Of a stretch of 64,000 nucleotides of DNA, positions 1 to 11,964 are shown piece by piece. Numbering within the stretch: position 1 is the first letter of the stretch; the number at the start of each line of letters is the position of its first letter. The notes under the pieces were generated by a model. It did not search any database, was not told the DNA's origin, and was given only the letters and a program-made list of their open reading frames with translations. Position numbers and translations under genes: made by a program. Source of the DNA: Carcharhinus amblyrhynchos (taxonomy: Eukaryota); NCBI GenBank assembly GCA_965287045.1, contig OZ336878.1:47492001-47556000 (forward strand). Direction: 5' to 3'.

Positions 1-190
1 TAATCAGTAATCTCTAAACTGTCTGTGCTTTATATGCTCTGTCTGAGGCCAGAACTCTCCATTCACCTGACGAAGGGGGTAACCCCGAAAGCTAGTGAGT
101 ATATTATCAAATAAATAGGTTGGACTAAAACCTGGTGTTGTCAGACTTTTTACTGTGTTTACGCCAGTCCAACGCCGGCATACCCACATC
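1..190 (+). mobile_element. Penelope-like element 3' terminal repeat (pLTR) fragment, inserted in L1
   Basis: Matches the repeat ending the RT/GIY-YIG element at 29.2-29.5 kb (AAATAAA..GTTGGACT..AACCTGGTGTTGT..CAGTCCAACGCCGGCAT.CCACATCA). Confidence 0.85.
61..100 (+). ncRNA. Minimal type I hammerhead ribozyme, apparently intact
   Basis: ATTCAC-CTGACGA-A-GGGG(GTAA)CCCC-GAA-AGCT-A-GTGAGT: stem I ATTCAC/GTGAGT, CUGANGA core, GNRA-capped stem II, palindromic AGCU stem III, UA cleavage site. Confidence 0.85.
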
Positions 191-905
191 AAGTAAGTAA
201 ACCCAGAGGGGGACCAGCTGAAGTGGATAGAAGCAAGAGGGTGCAGTCTCCCTCTAAGCCTTTCCAAAGGCATGATGCTGGACTTCGAAAAATTAGTTTG
301 ATAGCCCAAAAAGGAGCCAAACCTGTCCACAATATCACTAACACTGGGAACAGAGACATCAAGCTTAGACAAGAATAGCAACATATCATCAGTGTGTATC
401 ATGGCCTTATGTTTCCACCACCTCTAGAGAACCTAAATACTGAAGCATTATGTCTAATTGCCTCCATTAAGGGATCAATAGCTATTGCAGATAGTAAAAG
501 GAAGAATGGACAACCCTAATGAAGACTAAAAATAGCAGACCTATAACCACTAGTAAGAACTGCTACAGTGGAATTTTATAAAACACTTGTATCTATCCAC
601 TTGACAATAATTTCAAATCTACATGCAAGAGTGAAATTGGCCTAAGCATGACTATTCCTGAGAATTCATGTCTGCCTTCAAAAGGAGATATTTTCTTCCC
701 AAAACTATTAAGGAACAGGCCTGCTTCAAATGAATGTTTATACATAGTGATCCGAGGATCTATTAGAAAGTCTTTTAATTTTTTATAAAATTCAGTCCCA
801 AAACCATCAAATTGACAATCGGACATTTTTCCTCTGGCCTTGATACTCCAGATCGTCACGGAATTTTGTTTTTCCGAGGATGGTAAATGAGCTTCACCCA
901 AGAAG
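191..905 (-). mobile_element. L1-clade LINE ORF2 RT fragment
   Basis: Translations DGFGTEFYKK, RPISLLHVDLKLLS and HTDDMLLFLS..FGSFLGYQTNFSKS resemble L1 RT motifs. Confidence 0.8.
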
Positions 906-909
906 TTGC

Positions 910-3900
910 ATTTTCTTTTATTTTAATACGTTTTATTGATTTTCAAAATGAAATAGAAACAAATAAACCAAGTACAATACAATACAATGGAATAGCCCCC
1001 TTCTCCCTAAGTAAACAAACCAAAAACTATGCAAAAGAGAAAAACTAAGAAGTTCAAAAATGGCTAGTCTACAGTAATCAATTATTTAGAAATAGAAACA
1101 AATAGCTGCCTTCTACAAAAATATTTCACAGCCGATCCTCTTATGGTAAACTTCATCTTTTCCAAATATAAAAAAGACTTCTAACCAGGATAGAGTAGAA
1201 GGTGGCTTAATAAATCTTCAGTTTAATAAAATCTGCCTGCAGGCGATCAATGAAGGGAATCAGTGACATCCATCTTAAGCTTAATGAAAGTGACCAGTTC
1301 AGATAAGCTTTCGAAGAACACATTTGCAAGTTAATATTTAGAGCTTTGGAGAGAGTATCAAAGAAGTATAACCAGAAGCCAGCCGGCCTTGAGCACGACC
1401 AGAACATTTAGGTATTGTCTGCAGGGGCAGATGAACAGCTGTTTTCTGCTTGAGTTGGGGAAGAAATTACTAATTCCAGCTTTGGTGAAGTGAATTTCTG
1501 TGCAAAACTTTCATATTTATATTCATAAGCTTAACTGAACGCAGGAGGATGTGGAGTTGAGCCTAAGAAGGGCCTCCTCCAACCATTGTCCATGAAGTCA
1601 AGCCCAAGCTCTGCTTTTCAATCATTTCTTACCTTATGGAGAGGAGAGGGGCCAGAGGACAGCATGAGACCAGGCAATCTTAAAATAGAACCTCTGCGAG
1701 TTTGAGGCAATAATAAAAATGTGTTGGAAGTAACGGAGGAATGGATGAACAGTGAAAACGAACAAAAATACGTATGTGTAAATAGTGTTAAAAACCAAAT
1801 TGGGGCAAATTAGCCACAAGCTCATTAAAACTGGCAAAGGCCCTATCTACAAACAGATTCATAAATTGTTCAAGTTCTCTTTCCCTCCATAAGGCAAACC
1901 CAAGTCAAGCTTGGAGGCAAAAATAAGTGGTTATTGCAAATAGCATCCAGCAATAAAAAAGTAGAATGTTTAAAATGTGGACAAAATGGTTTCCATATTT
2001 TTAGGGTGGAAATCACAATGGGGCTTGATATGCATTTTGAGGGAAATATAGTGGGGCACAAACTAATCCAGGAAGAGAGGATGGGCAGCAGGAGAGCGTG
2101 CTTCAATAAGCATCCAACTTATAATTGGATCACAACACTATATTCAAATCTTCTGATTATTGGCTGCCCAATAGGTTAGGTAGAACTAGTTTACCAACAT
2201 ATCTCCCCCTCTGAGGTATCACTCTACAGCCTCTAGAGGTCCTGTCTGCCCAGATAAATGTTGATATCAGCTTGTTTACTGTGACAAAAAATGATTTTGG
2301 CTAAAAAAAAGAGGACATTAAAAAAGAATCAAGAATGGCCAGAATGTTCATTTTTATGGGTTGAACTCTGCCAGTTAAAGAAAGAGGCACACTATCCCAG
2401 CGCTGTAAATCCACCTTCACTTTGGTGACCAGCTTCAAAAAGTTTGTTTGATGGAAAGTCGTAAAAGACCCTGTTATGTTCTCACCTAAGTCATGAAACG
2501 TGGCACAAGATATATGAAATGGCAAAACTTCTAGGGAATTAGTGTGGCAATAGGGTTGACTGGAAAACATTCACTTTTGCTGATATTCAATTTATAGCCA
2601 GAGAATGAGTTAAAGGTGTTAAGAATATTCATTATGTCTTCAACACTGGCAATAAGATTAATAAGATCTAATGGGTGGTTGTCAGTATAAAAGGGCACAC
2701 TTTGCTCCACATAGGCTCAATGGATACCTTTTAGCAGCATTGACAACTTTAAGATTATGATCAATGGTTCTATCACCAGGGCAAAGAGAAGTGCAGGCAG
2801 CCTTGGCTTGTCCTTCTGAATAGAAGGAAATACTTCAAGTATAGAGAGTGTGTTTGCAAGCTTACAGTAGGTGAGGTATAGAGAAGACAAATCCATGAAG
2901 TAAATTTTGAACTAAGCCCAAACTTACCCAAAATTCTAAACAGATATTCCCACTCCAACTGGTCAAAGATCTTCTCTGCGTCTAAGGAGATCTTCAAGAT
3001 CTGCCAAAGCAGTTGGGAAAGTGTATTGATGAGAAGACGGTGTAGATTTATAAACAGTTGGCACCCCTTCACAAAACCAATTAGGTCCTCTGATATTACA
3101 CTACAAAGAAAAGGCTCCAATTGGCCTTTAGCCAACAGCTTGACTTCTGCATGTAACAGTGTTGCACATGAGACAAATAGATGAAGTCACTTATGACTGT
3201 TGGAGAAAACACCAAGGGTCAACACAACCCATTTTTAGTTATAAAGGTAGAGAGAGCTGGAAGTCTTTGGTCTTGAATGGTCCAGCCTTGGACGCAAGGC
3301 ACAAATTAGGTCCCCAAATTAGGTCGTGTGTGTTAAGGTTGGAATGGGGGATAGAAGCAACCTAATAAATTTTATATCATCCAGTTAGGGGCATAGACGT
3401 TTATCAACACTAAAGGGGGCTGAAAAAATGTGCTACTAAGTATTGTATAATTATTGGGCATATTAGAATAACTTTGTTACCAGAGAGCTAAAATTGGTTT
3501 TATGTGTTAGCAAATAGGAATATATCGGCATGATGAAAAACGTTAGGGAAACACCCGTTGGAAGAAACACCATATGTGTTTTTCCTGCATTGCTCAACTG
3601 GAAGTCCAAAGTTGCATTTTCAATGGTAACAATTCTGTCCCTCGCTTCATCAAGCCTTTTGCCAGTATTCTACAGTTCTATTGTCTGAGCACTGATACTT
3701 TGTACTAATAGACTGAGTTTCTCATCAATGACCTTAATAATATTAGCAGTCATCAGTTGTAGTGCTGCTGTGAGTATCGGATTGAGAATCTATTCAGCCA
3801 CGAGGTACCACGTTGAGGAGTTGGCTCCATACCAGTTACTCCTGATTGGTCTCTTTTGTCAATTATTTTCTTAATTTTTTTGGCACTTTGTCACCAACAT

Positions 3901-4050
3901 TTAATCAGAAATCTTTTAGGGACATAATATGAAATTCTCACTCCAGGATGAGGTAAGTATGAGCTGTGTAAAAGCGATAAATGAAAGGATCAGGGGCTGA
4001 GGAGTGTCAGTGCTCATAGAAACACAACTACATCCACATTTGTATCATGT
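910..4050 (-). mobile_element. Internally deleted L1-clade LINE (ORF1 remnant, endonuclease, RT, C-terminal region, A-rich tail)
   Basis: GFVKG..ISLDAEKIFDQLEWEYLF..RTSQGC; DLQRWDSVPLSLTGRVQPIKMNIL; MFWSC; T-rich tail near 910-940. Confidence 0.8.
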
Positions 4051-5399
4051 GACTCCCACAGCATCTTAATTGTAAACATCCGTGTGCTTGCACTCACAGG
4101 CCTTTCTGTTGCTCTGTTTCATCAATAACTTGATTGTTTAGTTTATAGCCTGCAGTATTTCACATTTACTAATCTTGTATTGGAGTTGGCTCCGTGCAGG
4201 CATTTTTAATTTGTTTCCTCCCAAATGTGAGAAAATGAAACTAATTCAATTAAACATACACAAAAATTAAATCAGAAAATCAATTTTTGAAAGTCTGAAA
4301 ACAAGTAAACAAAAGAACAGCTGAAGTAAAAAGATTTTTCATAATAAATATAATTTCGCTCAGTTGATTGTCTCTTATTCAGGTTTGTAACTGGATCCCT
4401 GCAGCTAGATATCTGAGAGTTAAAATTCCACAAGACCAAATGCGTCTTGTCAAGTATTTCAAGGATGGGGCTAGGTTCCTGTGCCAGCAATAGTGCTATT
4501 GGCATACCATGTGGGTTTAATCTTTCCATCATAGGAAAGGAAGAGTGAGGGAGGGGCAGGTCAATCTGGACTACTTACAGCAAGCTAGGAACTTTCAATG
4601 ATCCTTGAGCTGCATAACCCAAATAGTGTTCAACTTTCTAATGCCAATTATTGTTTGTCAGGCCCACATACTGCCTTTGTAAAACATTAATGTTTGCTTC
4701 ATTCAGGTACATTCACCTGATGAACCTTGAAGGATATCTTGAGGAGAAAATTCCAATCTCACCTTCAAAAGTGTAGTTATGATAGATCTGAGAAGCAGAA
4801 GAAAGTCCCTCTAACAGATTTTAATACTAGGGCGGAAACAGCCAAAACCTAGCAAGTAAAGATTCCTATAGTAGGAGCCCACTAAAATTGTCCTAGAATG
4901 CTAGGACTAGACTCTTTACAAGTATTTGAAATTGAAGCTGAAAACTTCAGGAGGCGATCTTACTGGCTTGTCACACCGGCTGATCAGCGTGGGGCATTGA
5001 CAGGAGATCTCCCAGTGTGCACTGAGAGATCAGGGCACTGGGAAGCTGGCTTCCCAGTGAGAAAAGGCTCAAGTCCCTCCCCCTGCTGGCAAGAATCACA
5101 AGAAATCTTTCAATTAAGCACTGTACAGTTGCAACCGGGAGCCCACCCAAAACATGGGCATGATTCTCTCCCGTTTTTACACTCATTTGGCCCTTAGAAT
5201 GTTTTTGGAAAGATCGCCCACATGTACCTTTATACTTCTGAGTTTCTATCCACTCTTCGCTATACTGACAACTTCCAACAGAGGGAATATGATGAGTTTT
5301 TTAAGATTCTCACTCCTTCCTATCCTGATCCCAATTAAGAGGCATATTGAGCTATGTGACCAGAGGAACTCTCATTACAAAGACCCTTGTAGAATACAG

Positions 5400-5970
5400 A
5401 AGAATTGATAATCATTCTACTATGTCTTACGACAGTAACATCTTTAAAATCAGTTGAACAAATATCTAACTAGGAACAGAATCAAGGGTTACAAAGACAA
5501 GTTTCTGTTGAATTTTAGCTGTAACCTAGTGGTGATTGTGCTGTTGACATTGAGTAAATGTTGTGCCAGAGAAAGGTTTGATGTAAGATGTCAGGTAATA
5601 GGCAAGATAACAATTTGAGTTTTGTTTAATGTAGCTTTGGTGGCACCAGGATGAACCTTTGGAGAAGTTTTCCTTGGAAAATTCAAATTTTCATCTTAGG
5701 CTGTCACCCAGGATCAAGAATGACTTACTTGCACTCTGCTTCAATCTGAGATGGTTGATAAGTCAATACGTGAACTTAGATTCTCCCATATGTCGGGGAG
5801 GTGGCGCTGAAAGGGTTGGGCAGATAAGATGGTGACAAGTGCCTGATAATAAGGGAACTGTTCAGGAGGCTGCTGGCAGGATGCAGGAAAGTGCTTTGAG
5901 CTAATCATTGAAGGTTGTGCAACTGTCTGAGACTGATGTGAAGCTGGACTCCATGGTTCCCACTGCATTA
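5400..5970 (-). mobile_element. Possible DIRS1-like tyrosine recombinase relic
   Basis: Minus translation FPRKTSPKVH..LNKTQIVILP..QHLLNVNSTI loosely resembles DIRS YR FLPKV..HLNQ.I.LP..HLLDV; very decayed. Confidence 0.3.
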
Positions 5971-6689
5971 AATCCTGCTTCTGAAATGTAACCTCAATTA
6001 AATGACTCTGAGACAGTAATAAGAGTTAATCATTAATATTAATTCCCCCTGAGAAGGATAATTCCAATACTCACAGGGGAAGAAACTCAATCATTATCTG
6101 AGAAAATTAAGATTTGGATCAATTATTAAGAGATAAAATATTTTAATGAATTCTTTTTAACCAATTTTACACAGACTGCCATGTCATCGACTGCATGTAC
6201 CAGAATTTAAAATTAAGTTTTCTGTTGCTTACTCAGAGCAAGATTGTACCAAGTACTCAGAAAATTGGATTTGTATGATGAATCGAAAAGTGATAACACT
6301 TAATTAGCATGACAACAATTATGCTGCTAAGATACTAATGTTTCTGTACTGGAATTGATTGAAAAGATGTCTGATGCTAAAACTGAAAAGCCACTGGATA
6401 AGCAGGCAAATGATCATCTAAAACGGAGATGTTGTTTTCTTGTCTTTCACCCTACATCACATATCGTTTCAATTGTTAAAAATGGGTACTCCTGCAATTT
6501 ATCACCTTAAAACGATAAGACATGAGGGAAATTTCTTTCATGTATAGGCCGAATGGTCTCCTGCACTTTAGGTATTCCATGATGCTATGATTCTACATAG
6601 TGATTTCCCAGGGAATGCAGTGGTGAGAGCCACTAGCCACACATGTCATTCTTCATTGAAGAACACTGTGCAGATGCACATAACATCAG

Positions 6690-7990
6690 GTCAGGACAAA
6701 CCTAGGCATGGAAACCTCTTGTTGAATACTATGTAGTGTCCCCCCCGAGCTGATAAACCAGCACTCTTCCATTGAACACAACTTGGAGGAAGCAATGAGG
6801 CTGGCAAGAATGCAGAATGTATTCTGGGTGGTGGACATCAATGTCCATCATCTAGAGTTGCTTGGTAGTACCACCACTGACCAAGTTTGCCATGTCCTAA
6901 AGGGCATACTTGCCAGACTGGGACTGTGGCAGATGGTAAGTGAACAAACAAGAGGAGAAAAGAAATACACTTGGCCTCATTCTCACAACCTGCCTGCTGC
7001 AGATGCATCTATCCATGACAGAATTGGTAGAAATGACCATTGCATGGTGCTTGTGGAGGCAAAGTCCTGTCTTCACATTGAGGAAACCTTCCATTGAGTT
7101 TTGTTGCACTACCACCATGCTAAATGGGATAGATTTTGAATAGACCTAGCAACTCAAGACTAAGCATCCATGAGGGACTGTAGGCCATCAACAGCAGCAG
7201 AATTGTACTCAACCACAATCTGCAATCTCATTGCCCAGCTTATCCCCCACTCCACCACTATCACCAAGCCAGGAGATCAACCTTGGTTCAATGAAAAGTG
7301 TAGGAGGGCATGCCAGGAACAACACCAGGCATACATAAAAGTGAGGTGTCAACCTGGTGAAGCTACAACACAAGACTACTTGTATACCAAACAGCATAAG
7401 AAGCAAGTGATAGAGCTAAAAGCTTCCACAACCAATGGATCAGATCTAAGCTCTGCAGTCCTGACGCAACCAGTACAAATGGTGATGGATAATTAAACAA
7501 CTCACTGGAGAAGGAGGCTCCCCAAATACCCCCATCCTCAATGATGTAGGAGTCCAGAAATCAGTGCAAAAGATGAGCTGAAGAATTCAAACAATCAAAG
7601 TACCGATAGGATGATCCATCTCAGTTTCCCTCAGAAGTCCCCATCATCACAAATGCCAGTCTTGAATCAATTCAATTCACTCCACATGATGCTGCAAAGA
7701 CTATAGGACCTAACAATATCCTGTTGCTACTATTGTGCTCCAGGACTTGCCATACCCATAGCCAAGATGTTCCAGTATAACTACCATTATCCCTTGACAT
7801 GTGATGGAATAATCTCCATTTGCCAAGATGAATGCTTCTCCAACAACACTCAAGGAGCTCAACACTATCTAGAATAAAACAGCATGCTTGATTGTCATCC
7901 CCTCTACAAACATTCACCCCCTCCACCATCGACCCATAGCACCAGTTTGTACCATCTACAAGGCGCACTACAGAAACTCAGACAAATTCA
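6690..7990 (+). mobile_element. CR1/L2-type LINE fragment (APE endonuclease and linker, with deletions)
   Basis: WVVDINVHH, IGRNDHCMVLVE, KPGDQPWFNEKCRRACQEQHQAY; its 3' part resembles the element at 40.9-41.66 kb. Confidence 0.8.
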
Positions 7991-8490
7991 TTGTGAAGAT
8001 GACAGAATGCAAAAGCTGTTGGTAAAGCAGAGACTTAAGTCTCACATCATTGAGAGTGAAACTGGTAAGCAAATGAGAAGAAATGGGCTCATATTCAGTG
8101 TGTACTTGAGCTGGAGAAACAGAAAGGTCATCAACAACACTAGCAACATCAGCAATTCCGACAATAACAACTTCATCGCCAACAAACATCAACAACATCA
8201 ATAACAAATGGCACAACATTAGCAATATCAAACACAATTCCTATAACCCCGGAGCAACACACACATCGTAGTGTGTCAATTCATCAATGAAAACAATGAA
8301 TACCAAATCCACAAAGTGGAGGCACAACATCTTACCACCTAAACAACACTCTGAATACGTAGACACAGGAATTTGTACATCAAAGGTTGAGTTAAATGTT
8401 GTAAACAGTGAAGACTCCTCACCCCAGTAGCTATTGCTGGCATCAAGCTTTCTGAAAATGTTTGCCACTGCTGTTTCTGGTCTGATATCT
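7990..8490 (-). mobile_element. Gypsy LTR retrotransposon pol relic
   Basis: IFRKLDASNSYW.EESSLFTTFNSTF resembles Gypsy RT KLDAxxGFWQ..EESSLLTTFNTPFG. Confidence 0.6.
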
Positions 8491-8685
8491 TCAAGCGAGA
8501 AAAGAAAATAAGTTATGAAAGATCTTTAATTATGTAAGTCAATTGCTGGTCTTCTTTAGTTAGTCTTCCTTTTTTTTCAATTTTCCATAGAAAGCAGTCA
8601 AAAGATGTAAAACATAACAGTAAACTGAAGCATTATGGAGCATGGGAAGCAAAGGACTTGTAAGTGGAAAATATATTCCTTAACA

Positions 8686-9030
8686 ACAGCACGGTGACAA
8701 AATGGTTAACACTACTGCCTCACAGTGCCATAGATCCAGGTTCAATTCCAGCCTTGGGTAACTGTCTGTGTAGTGTTTGTACACTTTTGACGTGTCTGCA
8801 TGGGTTTCCTCCAAGTGCTCTGGTTTCCTCCTACAGCTCAAAGATGTGCAGATTGGCCATGCTAACTGCCCCTTAGTGTCTCAAGATGTGTGCATTAGGA
8901 GGATTAGCAGGATAAATACATGAGGTTGAGGGAATGGAGTGGGTTGGGTGTGGATAAGATGCCATTTCGGAGAGTCAGTACAGATGCAATGGGCTGAATA
9001 GCCTCCTTCTGCATGTAGGGATTCTATGAT
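8686..9030 (+). mobile_element. HE1-like tRNA-derived V-SINE
   Basis: A/B box-like head (GCACGGTG..TGGTTA, GGTTCAATTCC), conserved body, CR1-like tail GGGATTCTATGA. Confidence 0.85.
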
Positions 9031-9084
9031 AACCTTCTGATAGCCCATGGGATCGAAAGATAGATAATTGCGTCTACGGTCAAA

Positions 9085-9222
9085 CTGAATTCCAGTATCA
9101 AGCAGGAAACAGCACTTCCGGAGTGTTGTATTGAAGCGTCAGCCTACATTATAAATGTCTGGGGAAGAGTTTGTAGCCACAATCTATTGATTACAAAGAA
9201 AAGAGCTTCCACTGAGCCAAGT
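9085..9222 (-). mobile_element. Degenerate SINE 5' part, possibly SacSINE1/DeuSINE-like
   Basis: Minus strand begins TGGCTCAGTGG and contains GGCTGACGCTTCAATACAACACTCCGGAAGTGCTG; family assignment from memory. Confidence 0.45.
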
Positions 9223-9685
9223 TGTCTGATTTTTCAATCAATAGTATATCCGGTTATATGGAGGATTAAGCAAACCTTTCTGAACTGGGCATTTTATCTT
9301 GTTCTTTAATATCTGAGAGGTATCTAGCTTACAATGTAATAAATATCAAAATATGTCTGCAATGTAATGGTTTTTTCTAAATTTTGAATTGTTATTGAAG
9401 ATGACAATACTGATACATTCTGACGCAATTCAGATAATTATAAAGACACTCTTACATGTTAAATGTCTGTCAGGACAACTGGGAGAATAATATGACTGAA
9501 TGGATTCCTGTAAGCTCGCAAGACACAATGGAAGACGGTTTAAAAATTGAAATCATGTAGAAGAAAAACTAAAATATATTTTAAAAAGATCAGATAGTAA
9601 GGCTATTGAAGCGGAAAGGTATTAGCATCCTTAATAGGTGTATGACTTATTGCTTTCAACAAAGAACACTGTAGTTAGCATCCAA

Positions 9686-10098
9686 GATGTGGAGATGCCA
9701 ACGTTGGACTGGGGTAAGCACAGTAAGAAGTCTCACAATACCAGGTTAAAGTCCAACAGGTTTATTTGGTAGCATAAACCACGAGCTTTCAAGGCACTGC
9801 CCCTTCATCAGGTGAGTGGGAGTTCTGTTCACAAAAGGGCATATAAAGACACAAACTCAATTTACAAGATAATGGCTGGAATGCGATCTTTACAGGTAAT
9901 CAAATCTTGGAGGTACAGACAATGTGAGTGGAGAGAGGGTTAAGCACAGGTTAATATTGTCTCCAGCCGGGACAGTTAGTGAGATTTTGTAAGCCCAGGC
10001 AAGTCGTGGGGGTTACAGATAGTACGACATGAACACCGCTGAAGTGTTCCCCAACTGGAAGGGAACTCTCCTGCCTGGTGATTGTCGAGCAGTGTTCA
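9686..10098 (-). mobile_element. Penelope-like element 3' fragment (GIY-YIG end + pLTR)
   Basis: EHCSTITRQESSLPVGEHFSG followed by pLTR. Confidence 0.85.
9778..9817 (-). ncRNA. Minimal hammerhead ribozyme in pLTR, core intact
   Basis: Minus: CAC-CTGATGA-A-GGGGC(AGT)GCCTT-GAA-AGCT-C-GTG. Confidence 0.75.
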
Positions 10099-10605
10099 AG
10101 TATCCAAGACAGACTAAAGCTGCAGCTTCCTGAAACAAGTTCAAATATCCTGTTTCCTGGGATGGCCAGAAGTGTACTTGTGCCCACAATTTCTCAAGTG
10201 ATTTAAAATGCTATGTAAAGTGTGCTGTTGTAATTAAATATCGTCCACACACAGGATAATGAGTTAATAAAAAATGTTGTGCATTAGACTAACAAACGCT
10301 AATTTTTTGAAAGACTTGTGTTGTGGCCACCAAGTAGATGAGCTAAGACTACCCAAACTCATTTCATTAATGATACTTTTAGTCAGCGACAGAAAACTTT
10401 CACTGCATCACCTTAGCCCACTGCCAAGTCTGTTTCTTTCTAACAGTTTATTGGTTCTGAATTGATTTCTTATCATAATTTTATAATTTGAAATTTAGCA
10501 TTTATATTGACTCTAATTTGCTCAGAAACAGTATCCGATAATCAAACTGCATGGGTTCTGTACATATGGTGGCAGACTGATTGTAAGTGTCCAACATTTC
10601 ACAGA

Positions 10606-10895
10606 TCATTAGAATCATTACAGCGCTGAAGGAGGCCATTCAGCCCATGAAGCCTGCACTGACTACAATCCCACCCAGGCCCTATCCCACATATATATGT
10701 CCCCCTGACACTAAGGGTACAATTTAGCATGGCCAACTATGCAAACCTGCACATCTTTGTAATACGGGAAGAAACCAGGATCACCCGGAGGAAACCCATG
10801 CAGACATGGGAAGAACTCCGCACAGTCACCCAAGATCAGAATTGAATCCAGAGCCCTAAGGCTGTGAGACAGCAGTGCTAACTACTGTGCCACCT
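10606..10895 (-). mobile_element. HE1-like V-SINE
   Basis: Reverse complement of the SINE at 8.7 and 26.6 kb. Confidence 0.85.
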
Positions 10896-11269
10896 TTTTC
10901 TTCTTCTCCTTTCAGGCCTCTTTCTTTAAGGGTGTCTTTCACAATTTTAACAACTTGTGTGTTTTTTTCTTCTTCTGATGTCCTGTCATTGCTTCATTGA
11001 GTGATCTTTATAAAACAATTGGTCAGATTCCAGCAGCTCTATTGAAATTCCTCTTTTGTGTCTGGACGAGCTGCTGGAACTTCTGCACCATTTTCAGCAC
11101 AGTTTCAGTGTATAATTTGGGAAAATAACTTCATTTTCTAACACAAAACCAATCTCTGCCACTGCCCAAAATCATTTACAATTTTATGGTGCTTCTTCAA
11201 TGCACCCAGCATATCATGTGTGAGCTGACTAATTAAAGTGATGGATTGGCCAATACTGCTATAGCTCTG

Positions 11270-11480
11270 AATTTAGTAAGGTCAGAGCTGATCTAGTCAT
11301 ATCCTGAACTCCATTTTTTTGCCTACCCACTTAACCATTAATCTCACTTGTAAATCAGTCTAAATCGCCCTTGAATATATTCGATTGCCAGCCTCCATTG
11401 CTCTCTGGGTAACAGAATTCCAAAGATTAAAGGCCCTCAGAGACAAGAAATCCCTCCTCAACTACATAGGAAACTCCTTA
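11270..11480 (-). mobile_element. Old CR1 3' fragment
   Basis: Minus strand similar to CR1 FFSxRxxNLWNSL region and 3' UTR. Confidence 0.55.
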
Positions 11481-11964
11481 ACGGTTAACTGCAGCCATTA
11501 GTTTTGTAGGAGGGTTTTCTTTATTTTTAAATGTATACACCATCCTCGACTTGTTTCTCACAACATGAAATCAGTGGGAGATTGTCATCATCCCAGTCAC
11601 AATGAAGGCTAGTCTGGGGAGATGGCTGGCATTCCCATTGGGCATTACCTTTTTATTCCATTATTATTGAGTAGGAGGTGACAAAGACAAAAGAGAGTAG
11701 CGCAAGAGAGAGTTTGGCAGCATTTAAGGCTCTAAGCTCAGTGCCTTCAGAAGAAGCAAGAAAAAATTGAATTAAAGAAAACGTATCTCAGAGTTGAGAG
11801 AGGCAGAATTTGTTAACCTTTATTCCCATAAGTTTTACCAGTACTTGATATTTTTAATTTCCTCTGTCTCTTTTGCCCTTTGACGTTCTACTTTAATTGG
11901 GATGTTTTTATTGTCTTCTGCTATGAAGGCAGATAAAAATATTTGTTCAAAGTCTCAGCCATTT

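Noticed and set aside
5729-5985. Possible host exon on minus (AG acceptor, GTAAGT donor)
   Set aside because: All three frames hit a stop before the donor and no known protein is recognised.
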